Translations under genes and position numbers: made by a program
The notes under the pieces: generated by a model
The model's database searches: none
Told to the model about the DNA's origin: nothing
What the model saw: only the letters and a program-made list of their open reading frames with translations
Origin: Candidatus Moraniibacteriota bacterium
GTDB taxonomy: Bacteria > Patescibacteriota > Minisyncoccia > Moranbacterales > UBA2206
Length of the DNA stretch: 64,000 nt
Assembly (NCBI GenBank): GCA_030645735.1
Contig: JAUSNP010000003.1
Coordinates: 103,411 to 167,410, forward strand
Direction of reading: 5' to 3'
In this document: positions 19,789 through 28,413 of the stretch, piece by piece
How the letters are laid out: each line of letters starts with the position of its first letter
How positions within the stretch are numbered: position 1 is the first letter of the stretch

Positions 19789-21639
19789 CTATTCTTCATC
19801 CTCGAAATCTTTTTTAGCCTGTTCTATTTCCAATAACTGCGACGGGTCAGTGGTGATGATCTGATCTTCGCTATAGGACGCCACCACTTTGATGGCCACA
19901 TGCTTGGTGCCAGCGAAGAAGATGCCTTCTCCCACATTGCTTTCCAGTAACAAGAATTTTTCCTGATCAGTTAGATAGAATGTGTCAGCAATCACATCAA
20001 TCGCGGCGGGAGATTGTTTTAGAAGAAGCTGAATTGATGAGTTGGTCACAATTGGCTTGCCATAGCGCGAGGATAGAAAATCATTCACATCCTGCGTAAT
20101 GGTGGTAAGTCCAGTATAATATTTTCTGCATCTTTTCGCAATTCCAAAAAGGAAAGATGCGGCGTCGTCTGATTTCATCATCACCCAAGCTTCATCTACC
20201 AAAACCATTCGCTTTTTGACATTGGTGCGCATTTCATTCCAAATAAATTGCAAAACGATATACATAGCAATAGGTCGCAATTCATCTTCCATATCGCGAA
20301 TATTGAAGACCACTAGCTTGTTGTCAGCCTTGATGTTGGTGGTGTTGTTGAGAAATCCAGCAAAAATTCCTTCCGTATATTTTTCTAGGCGAATAGCCAA
20401 GTCCTCACTGCCATCCATGTTGCGCAAAACATTGTAGAGGTCTGACATAGTTGGATAGGATTCTTTGGGCAATTCATTGAAATTGGTTTGGCCGGTGATG
20501 TCGCGAATTGCATAAGTTTCGTGTACGGCTCTGTCCAAAATTGAATCTTCCTCTGGAGTGATATTTCCCAGCATCAAATGCAAAAGTCCAAGCAGTCCGG
20601 CAATGTTGTTGCGCAAAATGTCTTCCGGATCTTCATCTTCGGCAATTTTTGGCAAATCAAAGGGATTCAAATGATTGGTTGAATTCAGGGAAATCTTGAT
20701 GAAAGCTCCGCCAACTGTGTCACACAGATGCTTATATTCATTTTCTGGGTCAATGATGATGACATCGGTGCCAACCATCAAAGAGCGCAAAACTTCCAAT
20801 TTAACAGTATAACTTTTGCCACCTCCGGATTTGGCGAAAACCACCATATTGGCATTTTCCATTTTGAAGCGGTCAAAAAGAACCAAGCTATTATTATGTC
20901 GGTTGATGCCATAAAGAATGCCTTCATCATTGGAAAGGCTGGATGAAACAAAAGGAAATGTTGTAGAAAGCGGGGCAGAATTCATGTTGGTTCCAATATT
21001 CAACTCATCATTGGCCAGTGGAATAGTTGAATTGAAGCCTTGTTCCGTTTTGAAGATAGACGGCTTGATATAAACCAATTGTGCTTCCAGAATTGATTCG
21101 ATAGCGCGCGTAGTCTTGTCCAATTCTTTTTCATCTTGGCCATAGATAGTTATGTATAATCCAAAACGGAAAAACTTTTCTGTGCCTTGTTGCAGTTTGT
21201 CGCGCAACTCATCAATGTCTTGCATAGCGGTTTCCAAGGATGGATCGCGAATCATTCCATTTTCTTGCTCAATGTGGAGCTGGGATTGCACTTGGGTCGC
21301 GCTTTTTCGGAGTGTTTTCAAGATATCCACGGTTTCAATCGGGTGCACGAACATGGAAATGTCGATGGACATATCAATGTTGATGATGGGTGAAAACCAA
21401 TTGCTGTTCAAAAATCTAGGATAAGAGATGACAAAAATTGTGCGCGCCAAAGTCTCGCCCAATTGGATGGACTTGGGCAAAATCTTAATAGCGGCTGGCG
21501 CCAAAAGATCTTGCAATTTGGCCACACCCTCTTGATAGAATTTTTCTGACTCAATCACATCATCAAGAATCACCGCTTTTTTCGGTTGAGTTGAGGGATC
21601 TTTTTTGCTTAGGAAATCAAACATAATTGTCAGAACCAC
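19789..21639 (-). CDS. Type IV secretion ATPase VirB4/TrbE/CagE family
   Basis: Walker A (VVFAKSGGGKSYTVKLE) and Walker B (MVLVDEAWVMM). The C-terminal domain architecture is typical of VirB4. GTG start at 21639, with an alternative ATG at 21624. Confidence 0.8.
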   Translation of the reverse strand: MVLTIMFDFLSKKDPSTQPKKAVILDDVIESEKFYQEGVAKLQDLLAPAAIKILPKSIQLGETLARTIFVISYPRFLNSNWFSPIINIDMSIDISMFVHPIETVDILKTLRKSATQVQSQLHIEQENGMIRDPSLETAMQDIDELRDKLQQGTEKFFRFGLYITIYGQDEKELDKTTRAIESILEAQLVYIKPSIFKTEQGFNSTIPLANDELNIGTNMNSAPLSTTFPFVSSSLSNDEGILYGINRHNNSLVLFDRFKMENANMVVFAKSGGGKSYTVKLEVLRSLMVGTDVIIIDPENEYKHLCDTVGGAFIKISLNSTNHLNPFDLPKIAEDEDPEDILRNNIAGLLGLLHLMLGNITPEEDSILDRAVHETYAIRDITGQTNFNELPKESYPTMSDLYNVLRNMDGSEDLAIRLEKYTEGIFAGFLNNTTNIKADNKLVVFNIRDMEDELRPIAMYIVLQFIWNEMRTNVKKRMVLVDEAWVMMKSDDAASFLFGIAKRCRKYYTGLTTITQDVNDFLSSRYGKPIVTNSSIQLLLKQSPAAIDVIADTFYLTDQEKFLLLESNVGEGIFFAGTKHVAIKVVASYSEDQIITTDPSQLLEIEQAKKDFEDEE

Positions 21640-21745
21640 TGATTATCACATGAAAACACTGATTTCACATGATTGTGGATTATTTTTTATTTTAAATTTT
21701 TTCAGGTGGCGTCATGTGTACTCAGGTGTTAATCAGTGGTTCTGA
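21630..21745. repeat. 116-bp element bracketed by perfect 16-bp inverted repeats TCAGAACCACTGATTA ... TAATCAGTGGTTCTGA
   Basis: Arms at 21630..21645 and 21730..21745. The 84-bp core holds an internal direct repeat (TCACATGA x2). The element exactly fills the gap between the upstream ORF's stop (21747) and the VirB4 start. Confidence 0.5.
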
Positions 21746-21746
21746 T

Positions 21747-22427
21747 TTATTTCAATTCTAGTTCTTCAATATTCCCAATCTTTGTATCATTAAAAATATT
21801 CGGGTTGTAGGAGTTGTACATCAATTCGATCAATTCTTGAGTTTTGAGGGGTGTCATGCGAGCGCCAATGCCAGATAGTGAGGCGGAAATGTGGTCAACT
21901 CTTTGAAAGAGCTGGTTTTTGTAAGTTTCAAAGTCCTCTCTTTTGTGCGTGATGTCCTTTTTAGCACTGCTGAAAAGATTGCCCAAAAAACTGCGGTCTT
22001 GATTTTCAACTGGAGCAAATGGCACAATCACATAAAAACTTTTGTCCATAATGTTGGACACAGAAACTAATTGGCGGATGAAATTTTTGTATTCATAAAT
22101 CTGCAAACGCAAAAGCTCGCTGTCCTGCTCTTTTTCTTTTTTCTCGACATATTCAATATACTTATCAATATTCATTCGGCGCGAGCTGATCAAAATTTGA
22201 ATCGGAAAGTCCAAGGAATTCAAGAAATTTTGATACTGATTGATGATAGCTTCTTGTTCGTCGGATGATTTCAAATCAAAGTTGATGGCTGACACGGCTA
22301 AAACTGCTCGCAAGGCGCCACTTTTTAGCACAATTACATCTTCCTTGATTTCAGCCACATCCAAAAACTGCTGACTGGGATTAGTCGTGGTTTGTTTGGT
22401 TATCTTGGGTGAATTTAGTGTTTCCAT
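21747..22427 (-). CDS. Hypothetical protein (possibly a separately encoded VirB4 N-terminal-like domain or T4SS accessory protein)
   Basis: 226-aa cytoplasmic ORF directly upstream of VirB4. The combined length (226+616 aa) matches full-length VirB4 proteins. Confidence 0.4.
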   Translation of the reverse strand: METLNSPKITKQTTTNPSQQFLDVAEIKEDVIVLKSGALRAVLAVSAINFDLKSSDEQEAIINQYQNFLNSLDFPIQILISSRRMNIDKYIEYVEKKEKEQDSELLRLQIYEYKNFIRQLVSVSNIMDKSFYVIVPFAPVENQDRSFLGNLFSSAKKDITHKREDFETYKNQLFQRVDHISASLSGIGARMTPLKTQELIELMYNSYNPNIFNDTKIGNIEELELK

Positions 22428-22903
22428 TATCTTTTATTTATTTCTAATAATTTGGAAATATCTTCAATTTTCTGTCTGGAAATTTCTTTTTTTGGAACAA
22501 TGGCGGCAGCGGCAGCTTTTTTCTGCGCGGCTGTTTTTGGCTTGGCGGGCCTGGAAAAGGCTTTTATGTCAGCCACTCTTCTCCAGACATACATTTTGGG
22601 TTTGGTGAAAAATGAGACCGCCGACAAAAGAAACAGTATGAATGGTTGGCCGTGTGGCTTGAAAAAAGCCAGCGCACCAAAAATCATAGTCAAGATGACG
22701 GCAACGATAATAAACAAGGACATATCAAGGATGCTCCAAGCCACCAACAAAATCACGCCTTCCGCTCCCAACCAGCCCAATTGCTTGGCGGTCAACGGCC
22801 CGACGATCTTATCCTCTATGTCAATAAATTGTGGGACGTTGAACATGCCCATACTTTTTTTAAAATCACAAATTACAAAATACAAATAACAAACAAATTT
22901 CAA
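22427..22903 (-). CDS. Small two-TM membrane protein, VirB3/PrgI-like
   Basis: 158 aa with two adjacent TM helices following a short cytoplasmic N-terminus. Position upstream of VirB4 matches Gram-positive PrgI/VirB3. Confidence 0.35.
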   Translation of the reverse strand: MKFVCYLYFVICDFKKSMGMFNVPQFIDIEDKIVGPLTAKQLGWLGAEGVILLVAWSILDMSLFIIVAVILTMIFGALAFFKPHGQPFILFLLSAVSFFTKPKMYVWRRVADIKAFSRPAKPKTAAQKKAAAAAIVPKKEISRQKIEDISKLLEINKR

Positions 22904-22922
22904 ATTTCAAAATTAGAAAAAA

Positions 22923-24059
22923 CTATTGTTCTCGTAGATTTACTACATTCTTTCCTAGTGCTCTAGGGTCTGGTCTATTTTCAGCGGGTTGTGGTCTGGT
23001 CTGAGTTGCTGGCGTAATTCGGTATGGTTGATCTTGTGGCATGTCTTTTCTTTCATAAGCCAATTTCTGTGGTGAGGAAAAACTAATTTTATTAACCGGA
23101 GCATCAGTCAGGGTCGGTTTAGTCATTTGGTCATTCGTCATTGGTGCTTGATTCGAAATTCGAAATTCTGAATTTGAAATTTGTCTATCTTGCTTAGGTT
23201 CTTCAACCGAACTAGTAACACTAAATATAATTTTCTTCGAAACCTTATCCACCGTGACCACGCTTTTCTCATCAAACGCTTTCAAAATATATGACAAATT
23301 TTCTCGATCACTTGAGCTCAAGCCCTGCGCATTTTTGCTGTGGAACAGATAATTGCTACGAACCATGGGGCTATGTGTTTCTTGACCAAGAGTGTGAGTA
23401 TAATCAGCCAGCCAATTTTTGATTGATGGTCTAACTGGTTCTGGAAAGCTCATGATCTTAATGCGGTTGGAAGTTATGACTTGTTCACCCAGTTCGGGAA
23501 ATTGTTTCATGGCATCAGCAAGTGACGCTTGCATCAAATCGGCTAGTGCTGTAGTTGGTTGGAATTTTTCTGGACGTGTGTTTATGCTGGATGGATTGGC
23601 ACTGATGTATATTGGGAAACGCAAAATTTGCATAACCGTATCAGTTAATCCGGAAATAGTTACGGATAATAAATAATCATACATACGGAAAATACGCATC
23701 AATCTTCGCTGATTAATTTTATCTAATTTTTGTGTTTCACTATCAGTTGAAACAAATTGAAAAAATGTATCAGAAGTGCGCTCAATATTATTATATGTTT
23801 TACGATAGCGATCAATCCATTGATTCACAGAAGCTGGTCCAACCATTTGTTCATTTGACCTGGCAGCAAGATTTAATGCTTTACGAAGATTTTCTCTAGC
23901 TGGGTAGGGAAGAAAAACAAATCTCGTGATCATCTCACCTTCTAAAAAAGTTTCATCTTCCAATGCTTCTAACAGATTGTTTTTTAGCACAGCAATGCAT
24001 TCCTCATTCGGGATATCTGCAAATTTTTTTATTTTTTCTTGAAATGAAAGTAAGGGCAT
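22923..24059 (-). CDS. Hypothetical cytoplasmic protein of T4SS-like cluster
   Basis: 378-aa ORF, no TM, Pro/Gln-rich C-terminal tail. Confidence 0.45.
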   Translation of the reverse strand: MPLLSFQEKIKKFADIPNEECIAVLKNNLLEALEDETFLEGEMITRFVFLPYPARENLRKALNLAARSNEQMVGPASVNQWIDRYRKTYNNIERTSDTFFQFVSTDSETQKLDKINQRRLMRIFRMYDYLLSVTISGLTDTVMQILRFPIYISANPSSINTRPEKFQPTTALADLMQASLADAMKQFPELGEQVITSNRIKIMSFPEPVRPSIKNWLADYTHTLGQETHSPMVRSNYLFHSKNAQGLSSSDRENLSYILKAFDEKSVVTVDKVSKKIIFSVTSSVEEPKQDRQISNSEFRISNQAPMTNDQMTKPTLTDAPVNKISFSSPQKLAYERKDMPQDQPYRITPATQTRPQPAENRPDPRALGKNVVNLREQ

Positions 24060-24090
24060 ATTTATGAAAGATTAAATTTTAGTTCTCTTT

Positions 24091-26181
24091 TTATGTTTTT
24101 GGTTTTGGCTTTGCTAAGTTTTCCGATGTTGTTATAAAACTATCAATATTCTCCGCTTGTTCTGGGAATTTCTTTTTGAGTTCTTTGAGTTTTGCCGTAA
24201 TAACTGGGTCGTTAGAAGGTGCCCTGAAGTCAGTGCGGGATCTCTTAAGTTGTTCAATTACAGCTGGATTAACCATTTGACTAAAAAACATTTCGCCCAG
24301 TTCGGTAAGTCCTTCTAACTCCATCTTTTTTGTTTCAGCATTCCACTTGCGTTTGTAGATTGCGTCAGGATGCAATTTTTTCATCAACTCTTGTGGTTCG
24401 ATATTCTTTAACTTACCAAGAGCTGCTTCAGCATGCTCCCGACGCGTGTTACGTGCAAAGGTGCCATCCTTATTGATCTTAATAGCTCCATACAATCCAG
24501 CATTGCCACTGCTGAGGCCAATCTCCCCAAGCTGATACATTTGCCTATAGGCCTCTTGGTCACTTAGTCCAGTTGCTTTTAGATCTTGAAGCATTTCAAA
24601 TGCTGTTCCATCCTGAGCGATACCATCTTTTTCATTTTCCACCGTTCCAAAAGCATTAAGATCTTTTTGTTTGAAATGCATAAGGTCATTTGTGTCATTG
24701 GATTTGGCTAGTGTACGCTGGGCGGCAATAGTTTGATATTGAGCTACAAGACCTTTGCGACCCTTATTCTTTTCTATGAGTTCAATTAATTCTTCCGAAC
24801 TGTGGTAAATTAGAGATTGTTCTTTTTGCTTTTCAGCTATTTGACCTTCAATGGCAAATTGTTCATAGTGAGTTTCTTCACCACCAAAAATCTTATTCAA
24901 TCTATCATTCCATGCCCCAGATCCAACAGCCAACTTATCTTTTTCTGCTCGATCAGTAGTTTCTTTCCAAGCTTTCATGAATTGTCTCGGACTAACTTTC
25001 CATCTAGCTAAGGTATTTCGATCAATGGCTTTAAGTCCTGCTATGCTACTCTTTTTCATTAGACCACCTGTCCATTTGGACAATCCTTGCACCATAGAGC
25101 CACCTTCTATGCCCATCTTTTGGGCGATGCCCATGGCCATCCAGAGGACGACGATTGGAATGGACATGTTGGCCATGGCGGAAAGGGGGTCGTTACTTTG
25201 AGCTAGTTGAACAGAGCTACCAACGGCTTCCATTAGCGCGACAGAGAGGCTCAAAGCTAGAACCATGATTGGTCCAAAAAGGGCATACTTGAAAAGATAA
25301 TCCCACCAACCAAAGTCTTTGCCGGCGATGTTGCCTACAAATGCCACTGGTGAGAAAATGATGAGGGCTGCCAAAGCCACCATACGAATGAGAAACATCA
25401 GAGCCAGTGCTAAGAATGTCATAGCTAAAAGAAAAGAGAAAATGACTGCCGCGAGAAGCTGTGAGATGGAAGCATTCTTGGCTTCCAGAATTATTTTCAT
25501 AGCTGATCCGCGAGTGATGTTGGTAAAAAAAATAGTTGGATCTGCCGCTGTATCGGGCATCAACTGCGTGAGCAGAGTGTACATCAGAGAATTGGAAGCA
25601 TCAATGATGACACGCGTGATGGGAAAACTGAAATTAACTAGCAGTGCCATCAGAACAATAGTCAAAATGATTTTTTTCTCGCCATATTTGCCACCAATTT
25701 GAAAGATGATGGAAAAAGCTGAATAAAGTAAAAATAAGATGAAGCCGATATTTAGGACATCGCGAATTTGTCCCCAAGCGGTATAGAGAACTTCGTTATT
25801 AAGCACAGCGCTGAGCCTGTCCACATCCACCGCTACTCCGAAAATTCCCGCAGAAACTCCCAAAAGCATGGCGTTAAATTCCAGAACAAGACTGAGTGGG
25901 CAAGTAATTAATACTTTAAAATCGCCAGTTAAAATACTACTGGAACAAGCAGCATTATCATCTGTATTGGCAGCGTTGCCATCGCCCTTGAAAGCATTTT
26001 GTACATAGTTTCGTACATTTGGATTTGTGGCAGCTCCGATTATCATGGGAATAGTTTGAAGGACTGCTTTGGCGGGTTGTGGATAAAACACAAAGCTAGC
26101 AAAGATTATAAAAATTGCTAGGAATACGCTGGATATTTTATTGTGGCTTTGGTTTTTCAAATTTTTGAATATTTCCAACAA
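24091..26181 (-). CDS. VirB6/TrbL-like polytopic membrane protein with long C-terminal soluble extension
   Basis: 696 aa. The N-terminal ~350 aa carry at least 6 TM helices; the C-terminal ~300 aa are hydrophilic. Same size and topology class as TrbL/VirB6. Confidence 0.5.
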   Translation of the reverse strand: MLEIFKNLKNQSHNKISSVFLAIFIIFASFVFYPQPAKAVLQTIPMIIGAATNPNVRNYVQNAFKGDGNAANTDDNAACSSSILTGDFKVLITCPLSLVLEFNAMLLGVSAGIFGVAVDVDRLSAVLNNEVLYTAWGQIRDVLNIGFILFLLYSAFSIIFQIGGKYGEKKIILTIVLMALLVNFSFPITRVIIDASNSLMYTLLTQLMPDTAADPTIFFTNITRGSAMKIILEAKNASISQLLAAVIFSFLLAMTFLALALMFLIRMVALAALIIFSPVAFVGNIAGKDFGWWDYLFKYALFGPIMVLALSLSVALMEAVGSSVQLAQSNDPLSAMANMSIPIVVLWMAMGIAQKMGIEGGSMVQGLSKWTGGLMKKSSIAGLKAIDRNTLARWKVSPRQFMKAWKETTDRAEKDKLAVGSGAWNDRLNKIFGGEETHYEQFAIEGQIAEKQKEQSLIYHSSEELIELIEKNKGRKGLVAQYQTIAAQRTLAKSNDTNDLMHFKQKDLNAFGTVENEKDGIAQDGTAFEMLQDLKATGLSDQEAYRQMYQLGEIGLSSGNAGLYGAIKINKDGTFARNTRREHAEAALGKLKNIEPQELMKKLHPDAIYKRKWNAETKKMELEGLTELGEMFFSQMVNPAVIEQLKRSRTDFRAPSNDPVITAKLKELKKKFPEQAENIDSFITTSENLAKPKPKT

Positions 26182-26186
26182 AAAAG

Positions 26187-27263
26187 TTATTGGTTTTTGA
26201 ATATTGATCCCACCCCTTGAGTCTTGGCCGTTTCGTTTACTTTTGTTGTAGCTTTAGCCTTGGTATCTTGAACTTTCTTTTGGACAACCTCGCTAGCCTT
26301 GCCGATACCTTTCTGAATAGCAGAAGTAATCATTTGTTGCACAAGACCCGTGACTACACCCTTGATATCTTGGGCAGTTGCTAGCGCGGTGCTACCAATA
26401 TTTTGCACATTGGCCATAGCGTCTTTGACGAGAATTCCTGGTGAAACAGTTAATCCATCTTTTTTAGTTCCGGGAAATCCTTGTGAGGCCGTTCCTTCAA
26501 CCTGAGCTGTTTGTTTTTCTTCAGCTAGTTTTGTTTGGTAGGCCATCGTAGCATTGGCATTGAAGCCCCATGAATTGCAAATGCCAGAAAGATATAGGCG
26601 TAGATTGGCATACCCACCGCGCGCATCATTGATGTCTCCTTGTGTGCATTTTGCCAGTGTAGGTGGTGTCTTTCCAGTGGTGTTGGCTTCAGCTGTTTCT
26701 TTGCTGGCGGCGGCATCGGTTGAGCTGGGTTCAGCGCCCGCTAAATTGCTAGCTTGCGCCATGTAAGAAAACTTTCCAAAACTCGAGTTGTTCATCGCCA
26801 TGCCATAACCAAAGGAGCCATTGCCCACCCCTTCATAGTTGGAAGCAAACAGGCTTGAGCCAACCTTTTTGACATAGCCAGAAGCCGAAGCGCGACCAGC
26901 CGTGACTGTTTGACTCAGATAGTCATTCATATATTTGTCAGCATTTTCTCGTGGTTTGTCATGCAAATAGTCTTTCCAGTCCGTGATAAAGGCTGGCGCT
27001 GATGAAAAGGAACCGCCAATGACACTATTCATTTCTTGGTTGATGGCTTTGATGGCAGCTGTTTTCAAAGCGCTAACAACGATAGACATGATGTTGGTTT
27101 TAATAAATTCTAGAACGGTTTTGAATATTTGTTGTGGAAACTCGCCCCAAGCCGCTTGAGCTGGTTGGGCATAGATTGGGCCAAAAACCAAAGAAGTCAT
27201 CAACAATATGACGAGCAGTCCCTTTTTAAATTTGGTGATGTTTATTTTTTGAAACAATTTCAT
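26187..27263 (-). CDS. Secreted protein (signal peptide; Ala/Gly/Thr-rich)
   Basis: 358 aa with an N-terminal signal anchor. The start overlaps the next gene by 4 nt. Confidence 0.5.
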   Translation of the reverse strand: MKLFQKINITKFKKGLLVILLMTSLVFGPIYAQPAQAAWGEFPQQIFKTVLEFIKTNIMSIVVSALKTAAIKAINQEMNSVIGGSFSSAPAFITDWKDYLHDKPRENADKYMNDYLSQTVTAGRASASGYVKKVGSSLFASNYEGVGNGSFGYGMAMNNSSFGKFSYMAQASNLAGAEPSSTDAAASKETAEANTTGKTPPTLAKCTQGDINDARGGYANLRLYLSGICNSWGFNANATMAYQTKLAEEKQTAQVEGTASQGFPGTKKDGLTVSPGILVKDAMANVQNIGSTALATAQDIKGVVTGLVQQMITSAIQKGIGKASEVVQKKVQDTKAKATTKVNETAKTQGVGSIFKNQ

Positions 27264-27265
27264 GC

Positions 27266-28306
27266 TTATTGAAATAGCATTTGGATTAAATCAGGATTGG
27301 GCGCAGTAGCTCCGTAGGAAGTCAATTTATTCTTAACTGAATCATCGTAGGTAAGCCCATAGGTGTTGAATTTTTCATTCAAGTCATCAGAAAAAGTTGA
27401 AGCATAATCAATGAAACTAGAGGCTTTGGAAAAATTAGCAATGTTGGCAATGGGATCGTTTGGATCTTGCGTCAACAATTCATCTAGGTTTTGTGAATAT
27501 TTAGCAATGCGCAAAGCTTCAATGTGCGTGTCAACCAATTCTGCTGGCACGGGAATGCTTTTCATTTGTTCCACAATTTTTTGTTCAGTGCCAAGCACGC
27601 TTCTGATAGAAGATGTGTTTTGGGTGAGTATGCCCGTGGTGAAATCCTGCGAAAGAGAAGTGGATATATTGGTGAGATCGGTGGCAGAAGTGATGGGCGT
27701 AGGAGAATTGCTAGACATGACATAGGAAACACCAGTGATATAGTCAGCGAAATCTTCTTTTTTGATTTGTGTAATTTGAGCATCACTTAGGCCTGTTGTT
27801 GCAGGTTGTTCTTTGATAGTGATTTCATCTTTACTGACGGCTGGAAACTCATCCGTAGAAACCTTCGTATTCAAAGACTCATCCACAATGGCCTTCACTT
27901 GTTCCATAGTCACTTCCTGATTGTTTGGGTCTGCATCTTGAACTAGTGTTGAGATTCTTTGTGTAACCTCCTCCGTCATGTTTGTAGCATTGGGGTTAGT
28001 GGAAACATTTTCTGTATTGATAGATTTGATCTCTGGGGTGACTCTGTCTCCCGGAGCAGGCTTGAGGGGATTGTAGCCAGATTGAATTTCAGCGCCATCG
28101 GAATAGCCATCGCCATCAGTGTCGGCCACTTGTGGGTTGGTGCCATAAGTTTTTTCCTCCTCATCAGAAAGGCCATCCTGATCGCTGTCTAAAAAGATGT
28201 TTTTGTTGGTGCTAGCTTGTTCTTCAGCCATGGCGAAAAAAGAAAAACTAGCGATTGTTAGCGCAAATAAAACTATAAGAGATAGTTGAACTTTTTTTAT
28301 TTTCAT
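27266..28306 (-). CDS. Secreted protein with thrombospondin-type-3-like Ca-binding repeats
   Basis: Signal peptide, then DSDQDGLSDEEE...DTDGDGYSDGAE repeats matching the DxDxDGxxDxxE pattern. Confidence 0.5.
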   Translation of the reverse strand: MKIKKVQLSLIVLFALTIASFSFFAMAEEQASTNKNIFLDSDQDGLSDEEEKTYGTNPQVADTDGDGYSDGAEIQSGYNPLKPAPGDRVTPEIKSINTENVSTNPNATNMTEEVTQRISTLVQDADPNNQEVTMEQVKAIVDESLNTKVSTDEFPAVSKDEITIKEQPATTGLSDAQITQIKKEDFADYITGVSYVMSSNSPTPITSATDLTNISTSLSQDFTTGILTQNTSSIRSVLGTEQKIVEQMKSIPVPAELVDTHIEALRIAKYSQNLDELLTQDPNDPIANIANFSKASSFIDYASTFSDDLNEKFNTYGLTYDDSVKNKLTSYGATAPNPDLIQMLFQ

Positions 28307-28413
28307 TAATAGAATTATACCACAAAAAAGTAAAACAAATAAACCACTTTGCCTGTGTATAACTCATGACTTAAATGGTTGCGAAAAAGTGTCAAGATTG
28401 ATACTGTATATGT

